This document shows, piece by piece, positions 1 through 10,075 of a stretch of 64,000 nucleotides of DNA; within the stretch, counting starts at the first letter, position 1, and each line of letters opens with the position of its first letter. Both the position numbers and the translations under genes were made by a program. A model generated the notes under the pieces. It did no database searches. It was not told the DNA's origin and saw only the letters and a program-made list of their open reading frames with translations. Source of the DNA: Takakia lepidozioides (lineage: Eukaryota > Plantae > Bryophyta); contig CM060734.1 of the NCBI GenBank assembly GCA_030704615.1, positions 20,088,001 to 20,152,000 of the forward strand, read 5' to 3'.

Positions 1-181
1 ACTTAAAAAGTTGCCCATCACGGTAGCGTGAACAAACTTAGAGCAAGCGGGAGGGAGAGAGAGAGAGAGGGCTGGGACTTAGAGCGAGCGAGCGGGAGTG
101 AGGGCAAACATGCATGGGAGGCCCGCACTTAGAGCAACCTTCGCATCTGAAGCAATCAACCCTAGAAACGCTAGGGTATGT

Positions 182-1154
182 GTGGGAGAAAGTGCTTTTG
201 CCAAAGTTCATGGCACATCCTTCTACGAGTGGATGGAGGATGCGGCTGGCCAACATTATGGAAAAGTGTTCCATGGATCAATGACGGCGCTTTCTCTCAC
301 ATCGATGCAGGATATTCTGAACACATACAATGGGTTCAAGGGACTTGGAAGCATTGTAGACGTTGGAGGAGGTGTGGGAGCGTGCATGGAAATGTTGGTG
401 AAAAAGTATCCGAGCATTCAAGCCATCAACTTTGACCAACCCCATGTTGTGGAGCTGGCTCCTCACTTACCTGGTATCTCCGTCGCATACGTGTATTCCC
501 TTGGTTTTTCAAGTTCACTGATTTGAAAATGTGAAATGTGCTCAATTTGTTGTCTTCCTCCTCGGAGGGTTCTTAGTTCTGTTGACTAAATCTCTTCCTT
601 TCCCATGCGAGGCAAAAAATAAAATAAAAATGTGCTCAATCAGTAAATGCTGCGGTAAGGATCCCCTGGATTCAGCGACCACCAGTTGTGCTTTGCAACA
701 TGAGTAGGAAGACTGCGGACCTCTTTGGTGTCCAACAATTCTGTACCATGTTCTGTAGTCAGGCTGGGCCTTCTTCTGGTGTTGCAGTTAGGGGGTGTTC
801 GAACTTCGAACAAAGGACAATCCATGACACAACGTGTATACATATAGTCGTAAGTGGAATCAGATGTACCGGTTCTGTTGAATTGACACTGAGAAGGTTA
901 CTTGCGAAAAGAACTTCGGGTATTCAGAGCAGGATTACCATTGGAATAGTTATGAAGAGGCGGAGAGAGAAGCTGAGCTTGGACCACAATCATAACTTGA
1001 TTCTACGAGTGTGACCAAAAAGCTCCTCATATTGTTCAATTTACGTAGTGCATTCTGGGGTAACCATGGGTGCGTTGTAATGGGTGCGGGAGTGAAGCTA
1101 GTCGGTGGAAACATGTTCGAGAGCATGCCCTCTGCAGATGCTACCTTCCTGAAG
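182..1154 (+). pseudogene. Caffeic acid O-methyltransferase (COMT)-like class II OMT fragment, two exons (about 182-473 and 1090-1154)
   Basis: Exon 1 has ESAFAKVHG...FKGLGSIVDVGGGVG...INFDQPHVV (SAM-binding motif) and a GT donor at 474. Exon 2 reads GVKLVGGNMFESMPSADATFLK followed by GT. The exon 2 acceptor is CGG instead of CAG. No N-terminus and no downstream ILHDW exon were found. Confidence 0.8.
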
Positions 1155-1569
1155 GTTTGTTTCGCCCTTTACTCTTGGGAATTTTTATAATTAGTGCATC
1201 GAATCCATCACAATCGTTCCCGAAGTAAGAGTAGAGTACTTATCTACATTCCAAGATCTTTGGAATCATTCCAGCTTCAACTATACTGCCATGCACATCT
1301 TTTTGCTTGTATAAGTCATCATACATTTGTGTTGACCTCCCAAGCTTAGCTGCTGCAGGCAACCTCTGAACCTCTAACTTGAGATCCTTTCCCAGCTTGT
1401 AACGTACATGATATTAAATCAAATAGAAGTCAACTGAAATTTGCGAGCTCTTGAAGCAAGTGACGTGACAGGGCTTAGGTTTCGGCTGGGAGCTCGCCGT
1501 TCTTGGGAGAGTCAGCTTCGTATTAGCAGGTCGTGTTTCAATCTCTACCCGCTCGGCTCTGATTTTACA

Positions 1570-3205
1570 GTACGGAGCAGAGCTGGCATGAGTTTCTTGA
1601 AGATCCTTCACGATGGTGGGACAACCGCAATCGCAATGTACGATGTGAAGAAGTTTGTCCATCTTGCAAATGTGGGTTGTTGGCTCCTGTTAGTACCATG
1701 ATTTGGTATTCTTCCTGATGTTTACAAGGTTCTTGGGAGAGTTAGCTTGGTCTTAGCAGGCCGTGTTTCAATCTCTGCCCACTCAGCTGCACCGTGGTGG
1801 TTCTCACTGACCAATCCGACATTACCTAACTACAGACACAAGCAGCACACACAAGAGGTCCTCTTGGGTTCATGGTCAGCCAAACCCTCCATGGGTCATG
1901 ACACAAGGTCGAGGACAATGTGGTGAGGGCACCTTCTTCTTCGACCTATTTCAGCCTGTTTTTCCCTCTCATCAGACTCTGCCCTTCATTTGCAGCACGG
2001 AGCAGAGCTGGCATGAGATTTTTAAAGATCCTTCACGATGGTGCGACAACCGCAATGGCAAGGTGTGGTTTTTCCTTAATGTACGATGTGAAGAAGTTTG
2101 TCCATCCTGCAAATGTGGACTGTTGGCTCCTGTTAGTACCATGATTTGGTATTCTTCCTGATGTTTCAAGGTTCTTGGGAGAGTCAGCTTGGTCTTAGCA
2201 GGCCGTGTTTCAATCTCTGCCTGCTCATCTGCACCATGCTGGTTCTCACAGACCAATCCGACATTACCTGACTACAAGACACAAGCAGTACACACAAGAG
2301 GTCCTTTTGGGTTGATGGTCGGTCAAATCCTCTATGGGTTCTTCTTCGACCTATTTCAGCCTGTTTTGCCCTCTCATCAGACTCGGCCCTGAGATGCATA
2401 TTGAATTATGTAAGTTAGCTCGTTGCTCATTGATAAGTAGGGTTGGGGGTGTTTGCTGGAATGATTGTTGTATGCATGATTTTGTGTAGAGGCATAGATA
2501 GCTGAAGGAGCAGGGATAGAGTGTGCTAATAAAGGCACCTTCTTCAACACATTTCACCCTGTTTTTCCCTCTTATCAAAAGCGGCCCTAAATTTCAATGT
2601 CTGCAAGTTAGCTGGTTGAGTGAATCTAGTTTGGAGTGACTTTGACATGATATTGCCAATGGGACAACAGGAAAGTATCGAAAAACAGTTAACGGAGATG
2701 AGGGGAAGCTGTGGAATGAATACTTTTCTGACCCCAGTCAATGGTGGGACAAACGAGGCAAAAAGGTAAATGTCTGTTGGATTACAGAGAGTAGCAGATG
2801 CAATTGAGAATAAGAACTAGTGTGATAAGTTGAGTTGGGTGTTTGCTGGAACAAATGTAGGCTGTCATTGTCAGCTGCTAACAGCAATGCAAGGATATAT
2901 GCATGATCTGTGCAGAGGCATGGATAGCTGAAGGAGCAAGGATAGAGTGTGGGTCCAGATCATCCAAGAGAGCCGGATTTCAAGCTCCAGATTACCGATG
3001 ATTCCCTGTGGAAGGATAGCTACAAGAAACCTGCATGGGTAGATGGTCATGGGTAGATGGTAGATAGTTTGGAGTGACTTTGACATGATACTGCCAAAGT
3101 GACAATAGGAAAGTATCCATAAACAAAAAAAACAGAGATGAGGAGAAGTTGTGGAATGAACTTTTCTGACCCCAGTCAATGGTGGGACAACAGAGGCAAA
3201 AAGGT
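1570..3205 (+). pseudogene. Tandemly duplicated OSB-like (organellar ssDNA-binding) PDF-motif exon fragments
   Basis: Four first halves of the motif: SWHEFLEDPSRWWDNR (~1578), SWHEIFKDPSRWCDNRNGK (~2005), LWNEYFSDPSQWWDKRGKK (~2709) and a frameshifted copy ending DPSQWWDNRGKK (~3150). Three are followed by GT. Second halves TNPTLP(N/D)Y (~1810, ~2252) and HPREPDFKLQITDDSLWKDSYKKPAWV (~2960). Duplicated units of ~430-450 bp with frameshifts. Confidence 0.7.
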
Positions 3206-3699
3206 GAATGCCTGTTAGATTATAGAGAGTAGCAGACGCAATTCAGCATAGGCACTAGGGCAAACTCTCCTTCCCCGTAAGGGTGTGTTTTGGTATCTGA
3301 GCGAATAAATATTTTATCTAAGAATATAATTTCAAAATTCGTTATTTAATAATGTGCCACTGTCCCCTGTTGGTCAAAAGTAATAATAATACTAATAATA
3401 ACAATAAATTAAATCCCCAACCCCCCTCCCCACAGCGACGCGTGTCAATTGATATGAGGAACCATGTGTCAAAATCGCGATGCGACACGTGCTGACGTCT
3501 GATTCCCTCCTTTGCAGTCGGGATGACGTCGCAGTCTTACGTGGCGTGTTCTGTAGAGAGCACGTGTCTCTCTTACACAGCGGCTGACATGGACCCGTTC
3601 AGTCATTCAGTAAAGCCAGCGTGTATGACTACCCCCACAGCTGCTCAGGCGCCACGTCATAGCCAGGCTGGCGAGTCATATCTGCCATGCCACAACTGA

Positions 3700-3800
3700 C
3701 TAGGGTTTTACGACTGTAGAGTCATGAAGTCGTAAATGGCTTTTATAACTGCATTTGCAGTCATAACACAGGGTCGTAAAAGCCGCAATCTGTTGTAGTG
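3700..3800. mobile_element. CACTA (En/Spm) transposon terminus, single end
   Basis: Ends in TGTTGTAGTG, the reverse complement of CACTACAACA, with subterminal TTTTACGAC/GTCGTAAA repeats in both orientations. No matching partner end or TSD found. Confidence 0.55.
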
Positions 3801-5190
3801 ATGGTGGGCTTGTAAAATGGGAAACTTGAATTTCTGTGATCCAGACTGAGACGTTATCAATAAAGTTAGTATCCAACGTAGCAGAGGCTCTTGAGGTTTG
3901 GGTTATGCTATTGGTTTTTCCCCCAAACGATAGGGAGGTAGCCGATGTAAGCGATGGAGAGGCCTGGGAGGGAGACAAAGAGACCGTTGGGGGCTCACTC
4001 TCACCGCAAACCACGGAGCTCCTACATCGCGATCCTTGTTTTTTGTTTCAAATATTCTTCAAAAGTTTAGGTTATGACTAAAAAAATGAATACTAAAAAT
4101 AACTAAAAAATGATTAAAATATGAAGATAAAACTATTAAATCTTTTATTGCTATGTGCAACTCGTTCTTCCACTTAAGTCTAGAAGTGGTCTGGCATCCT
4201 TCTATCTTTAGAGTACGGACCAAGACCAAGACCAACTCAAAATTCAATGATCCTATTAGACGAGTGGTCATATTGGCTTTACACTAGGGATCCAGACCAA
4301 CATAGTTAGCAGTGACATGGCGTCTGAATGTGGCGTTGATTATGTAGGGAGTTTGTTGGTGTAGGGAGCCAATGTGGTTTAGAGGAGGTATGGAGGAGGG
4401 CTTAGCAAGCTGGATGTGCATGCTCGACATCCGCTGTCTCACGAGATCTCGGCGGCAGGTCACCATGGACATTGGTAACCCCTTGTTGCCTGCACTGTCT
4501 GTCTCACTATTTCCATTCAGCCTTTTTTTGGGGCTATTATGGTGGGTGGAGGTTTCATTTTGTGACGTTTTTTACATTTGCACACGTCTAGGATCATGAT
4601 CGTATTTTCATCAGGTTCCGCGTCCTTTTGATTTGGCACTGACTGGATGCATTCCTGATGTGTGGACCTTGTCGTGTTAAGTCTTAGATGTCTCCTGGGT
4701 TGTATCAGTCAAGGAGGTTTTAACAGCGAAGTGGTCATGTTGGTAGGTACAATTGGTCACGTCGCACATGGGAACTCTACAGTGGTCAAGGCAATCTTTA
4801 GTGTTTAGGTACAGCTCCTGGGTGGCCCATCTCTTTTGGCATTGTCTGTGGGTACCTGATAGACATGGTGAGCCGTGCATCATAAAATAGCTCAAGGGTA
4901 CTTAGGCCACCAGATTTGTTTTGTTGGTTTTTGCTTACTCTGAGTATGAACTTCTCAATGACTTTCAATATATGGGAGTAGCCCCAGTCCCTCTATTGAA
5001 TTGGGCATTGTCTGCTTCTTGCAGAGCATGGAGTTTTCTGGGCAATATCAAATTGTGGTTGATATGTGTCTCTTATTGCTTTGCCCGTTTTGGTTGCAGC
5101 AGAACGCAATTGCTGATGGGGCTCCTGTGGTCCCGGTTTTGTGCAGCTCATCTACAATGTGGATGTTGTGTGTGAAAATATGGTAAATAC

Positions 5191-5497
5191 TGTTAGAATT
5201 GAGCAAGAACATGAACAAGAACTAAAGTCTTAGACTAAAGCTAAAACTAATGCTCTCCTCCCAACCATAGAAGCCACCATCATACTCTTACACTAAGACT
5301 AGTGGCTTCACCCCCGAGCTTGTACAAGAAGGTCTCTAGAAAGTCCTACTTGGTCACTTCCACTTCCACTATGGTGACCATCCACCTTCTAGCCATTCAC
5401 CTTCCAAAGGTGAGTTAAACAAGATAGTCTCTTAGACTTCTAAACCTTTGGCCTTCAAGACTCTTAGTCTTCTAGATATGTTTAATTACTTCCAACA
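5191..5497 (-). repeat. 3' LTR of the Copia element (307 bp)
   Basis: Termini TGTTAG...CCAACA. On the minus strand it is immediately preceded by the purine tract TTGAGTAGGAG, just after the RNase H stop codon at 5519. Confidence 0.8.
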
Positions 5498-6870
5498 CTC
5501 CTACTCAATTAAACCATATCATTGAGCTACTTCGTTTGTCTTTGGAGAAGAGACACCAAGTAAGGCTGAACACTTCATGTGTTTTGTTTGTGGTAGACTC
5601 TTTGTCAAAACATCCGCAACCATATCTCCTGTAGCACAATAGATCATCTTGATCTCTCCCTTGCATACAACTTCCCGTATGTAGTGATGTTGCACTTCAA
5701 TGTGCTTCGTCCTTGAATGATACTTCGGATTCTGACTTAGTGCAATCGCACTTTGATTGTCACAATAGAGAGTCGTAGGTAGTGATTGGAGATGATCCAA
5801 ATCTCCAAGCAACTTCCGTAACCAAATAGCAGGGGATGCTAGAGTGTGAGCCTAGCCATGTGAGCCCAGGAGCCTGTGAGCCCAGGAGCCTAGCGTGAGC
5901 CTAGGACACGTGGCATGATTTTGGGAAAGATGCGGCGTCTATTTCCGTGGAAGATGATCCATTACTGCAGAAACACGTCTTCATCCATATTAACCCTGCA
6001 ACCCAAAACAGAAACCCTAACCCTTGTCAGCCTTAGGGACCCACCTCAACCCCGACAGTGAACCTCGTCGTCCCGCCCCTGCGCATGATACTGCGCACTG
6101 ACATCATCCATGGGACCATCCATGCATGCAACATTCATCCACAGTGTACATCCAATTGGGGTTTATTCATCCAAAAACATTCATCCTCCATCCATCCAAC
6201 CAAATATTGGTGTGATGGCATATGTCGAATGACTGTCTACTGGACTATGCACATATTCATCTCTGTTGAAATTTTTTTATTGAATGCACACGGTTGAATT
6301 GGAGAGCAATGTTTAGAAGGAAAACACTTTCAAATTCGTAGGACGCGGGGGAGAGAATGTTTCAATTCAGGGATGTGAATTTCATTGTAGTCCGTGCTCA
6401 TTACAACGGATGGTGGGAAGAGAAATGGTGGTACAACGGAAAACGGAGAGTGTGTCCCCTCATGTTCCATAAATATGCCCTCAAGTACATCCGTAGGTGG
6501 TGTCAACACTGCTACTGCTACCATCTGAATCTGCTGAACTGCTAGAAGTACTGCTACAACCTGAAACTGCTGCACTATCATCTATGAAGACCTTTGCGCG
6601 GAGGTGCCTGAGCGTCTTCCTGGAACTCCAATGCAAGGGTAGGGGAGAAAGCATAGCTGCTTGCACACGAGCAATGCCTTCCGCGTAATCGGGAAGGACA
6701 TAATTAGGAGGTGGGCTCCAGCACAAGTCCCTCAAGTATATGGAAGACAGGGGCCACGAGAGTACGTTCACATTCTTGCAATCAGAAATGCACCATTTGG
6801 GTAACAATCAGACAACAGAAGGGGACGCGACAGAGCATATATACAGGGATCAAATAGACAGAAAATGAAC

Positions 6871-7780
6871 TTACTCACATGAAAAGTCATTGTCCAGGTC
6901 CTTGTCGTCTTCGTCGAGCATATCAATTTGCGCAGTGACATCCTTGACATTGGAGGTAGACGCGCCCCCGTGCAACTCGGCAAGGAGGCCAATGAAAATA
7001 TCTGCATCTCCTTCCATACCAAACAAGTGCCTGCCACCTGCCTTGCAAGCATGGTAAAAAGCGCCTGCAAGAGACAGATTGAAAGAATTAGAGTTTTAGA
7101 ATATTGAGTAAAGAAGGTGCAGAAGAAAAAAAATCGATGACAAAGGCAAGAAGAGAAACCTGTGCCGAGAGTGAGATCTATGATGCGGGCCCCTGGCCGA
7201 GAACAACTCTCAATGATCGTTTGAATAAAAACCGGGCTTTTTTCACGGGCCCCTCTCCAAGGAGTTCCATTTGGCTTTCGCAAACATACGTTGGAGTCGA
7301 CATAGTTGTAGTGCATGTCGTCGACGACAGGATCGAACCTCTCGTGAAACATCCTCCCCCATGAAGCTCGAACTCCACCACTGTGGTGGGAGTCAATAGT
7401 GGATGTACCCTCACGAGACACACGGCCTCAAATAGACGGGTCTGCGATGAAGAGGACAATAATTAGTGAGGAATGTTTCATAGCACATCTGGGTGGGAGT
7501 GCAGACCCATTCTGGATGGAACTGGTTCAGAGTCATTGCTCATGCACCGCCATAACTGAGTGCGCTGAAGCACTCAATTCAGGCAGTGCGAACAACATGA
7601 CTTCATAACAGTCAGTACAGTGGAACTTCAACAGAGAAGGCATAAAAACAAAGTATTTCCTTCTGCCCTGGGCAATCCCCCTTCGTCAGATATAGGCTGT
7701 TGACACAGTTCTAGGTCTTGATAATCCGCATCCCCGAGGCTTTCAAGTAGCTTGCCAGCTCCCGGCGACATTTCATCGTG
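6871..7780 (-). pseudogene. Beta-class DNA N4-cytosine/N6-adenine methyltransferase-like gene fragment (N6_N4_Mtase-like), spliced
   Basis: Exons are ~7780-7660 (SYLKASGMRIIKT*NCVN), 7441-7160 (TRLFEAVCLVR, a frameshift, then PWRGAREKSPVFIQTIIESCSRPGARIIDLTLGT) and 7064-6871 (GAFYHACKAGGRHLFGMEGDADIF). Splicing the GT-AG intron 7159-7065 gives motifs X, I and II/III in the order seen in beta-class amino-methyltransferases. The catalytic (S/D)PPY N-terminus is absent. Confidence 0.7.
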
Positions 7781-8035
7781 ACAGATTGTATGATACCCAA
7801 TTTATTTATTTATTTATTTTTGGTTCCCTCCCCCCCCCGGGAGAACTAAGTGCATCAACGCACTCAATTTCTTCATGATCATGATTTCAGGATGATCATC
7901 GACGAGAGGTGCGGGTCCGGATTTTCACCCCGGGTACCCGACGGGTTTTGGGGGAACCCCCCCCTCTCCCCCCCCCCCCCTTCCCGAGAACTGAGTGCGT
8001 CAACACACTCAATTTTTTCATGATCATGATTTAAG

Positions 8036-8506
8036 GATGATCATTGACGAACTGGAGATTGGCAAGTTGGAGGACGTCGGCTTTCGTCTGCACCGATCTG
8101 TGGCGTCGACTCTTGGTGGCCTTGCATCGGGTGGCTTCGGGGCCTGATCACGATGCGAAGGTGGAATCGGCCAGACTACTTCAGGCTCGGGTAACAAGAA
8201 CTATGGAAGTACCTTCACATGGGTATGGACGGGTTTATACTTTGGTCACATCTGGGTCCGTTTTGCACGACAGGGCTTATCAGGTGACGGTGGGAAATTT
8301 TCGGGGTGTACCTGTCCCGACTTCGTGTGCATGCGTGAGTAAGCTCTAGGAAAGAGAGGGAAATGGGTTCCCTGCAAGCATCTTAACTACATCTTTTTGC
8401 GCATGATGTATTGTGATCCCAAAAGAGACCAAATCATTCACCAGACAACACTAGGTCCTGGTGAGGTATAGACACTTTTGCAGCGAGACATTGGCAATAT
8501 CGAGTA
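8036..8506 (+). pseudogene. SWIM zinc-finger protein C-terminal fragment (transposon gene)
   Basis: RAYQVTVGNF, a frameshift, then CTCPDF...GKRGKWVPCKHLNYIFLRMMYC, giving the CxC...CxH SWIM signature at 8307-8381. Contains internal stops. Confidence 0.7.
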
Positions 8507-8829
8507 GTGTTGCATATGTTGCGATTTTTCGCAATGTCGGAAAGGGCTGCCTTGTTTGTAGAACATGTATACACAGTTCTTAAATCTAGACAAGCAGGCG
8601 ATGTCTCGTCATGAAAGGTAGTTTATTTTTTCATCGGGTTTGGTTAACGAGCCTCTAAAATTGAGTAGGTCAACGCACACCACTTTTGCCCCCACCCCCA
8701 ATATTGCCCCGGGCCAAGGAAAAAAAAAAAAAAAAAAAAACCATTTTTTGTTCGAGGGCCTGCCAAACATGGACAAGTGTCAGTATGAAAGCTCATTTTA
8801 TTTTTTCACGGCCTCTACAGAAGCATTGC

Positions 8830-10075
8830 GTAAATGAGCTTCACGATGATCATCTGTTTTTTTTTTCCACTTCTTCTTGAATAACAGGCACCTAAACAAG
8901 TTTCACAATGACAGCTCATCCACGTCCTCTATACAAACAAACCCTAAATAAGCATTCATGATGACCATATGATTTTTTTTTCACCTCTTCTTCAATAACA
9001 AAAACCTGAAGAAGTTTGACAATGATAGAGCTCAAGTTTTTTTTTCACCTCTTCTTCACAAACAAACCCTAATTTATTCATGATGACATCTGATTTTTAT
9101 TCACCTCTTTTTCATTAACAGAAACCTGAACAAGATTGACAATGATAGAGCTCAATTTTTTTCACCTCTTCTTCACAAACAAACCCTAAATAAGCATTCA
9201 TGATGACCATCTGGTTTTTTTTCACCTCTTTTTCAATAACAGAAACCTGAAGAAGTTTGACAATGGTAGAGCTCAAGTTTTTTTTTCACCTCTTCTTCAC
9301 AAACAATCCCTAATTTATTCCCTAAATAAGCATTCATGATGACCATCTAATATTTTTTTCACCTCTTCTTCAATAACAGAAACCTTAACAAGTTTGGGAA
9401 TGAGAGCTCAATTTTTTCACCTCTTCTTCACAAACAAACCCTAAATAAACATTCATAATGACCATCTGATTTCTTTTTTCACCTCTTCTTCAATAGCAGA
9501 AACCTGAACAAGTTTGACAATGATAGAGCTTAACTTTTTTTTCACCTCTTCTTCAATAACAGAATCCTAAACAAGTTTCACAAGGATAGCTGAATGTTTT
9601 TTTTTACCTCTTCTTCACAAAGACATCTTAAATAAGCAATCACACTGACCATGTGTTTTTTTTTCACCTCATCTTCAATAACACAAACCTGAACAAGTTC
9701 CACAATAAACCGCTCATTTTGTTACACATCTTCACAAACAAAGCCTAAATAAGCTTGAAGATGACCATCTGTTTAATTTTCACCTCATCTATATTAACAA
9801 TTGTCTGTTTCACAATGAGGGGTCATATTTTGGGGCCTGTTCTTGCCCATCCTCATTATTTTTAACCTCTCCTTCAATATTTCATCCATCAATCATCCAT
9901 CCACCATGGATGAAATATTGGAAACGACAAATAGCTTGACAATGAGCATCCAAACTTTTCTTGCATCTTGTTCATGCAAGAATCCCTAAGTAAGATTCAT
10001 GATGACTCACCCAACCTTTTTTTTTTCACCTCTTCTTCAATAAGAAAACCTCAGTAAGTTTCACAATGACCATTC
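8830..10075. repeat. Tandem array of ~58-62 bp units inside the DNA transposon
   Basis: About 20 copies of core TTTTTCACCTCTTCTTCA. Tails mostly alternate between ATAACAGAAACCTGAACAAGTTTGACAATGATAGAGCTC and CAAACAAACCCTAAATAAGCATTCATGATGACCATC, forming a ~120 bp dimer. Confidence 0.9.

Noticed and set aside
3253-3257. CACTA at 3253 as the left end pairing with the terminus at 3800
   Set aside because: Only 5 bp match, and the flanking trinucleotides (AGG versus ATG) do not form a TSD.
6700-6725. WSPPPNY in ORF 6481-6807 as a possible SPPY catalytic motif of the methyltransferase
   Set aside because: It does not match (S/D/N)PP(Y/F). It lies C-terminal to motif I whereas the other motifs indicate beta order, and I could not establish an in-phase splice to this ORF.
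8830-10075. CRISPR-like appearance of the repeat array
   Set aside because: The intervening sequences are themselves repeated (two alternating types), there are no cas genes, and the context is eukaryotic.
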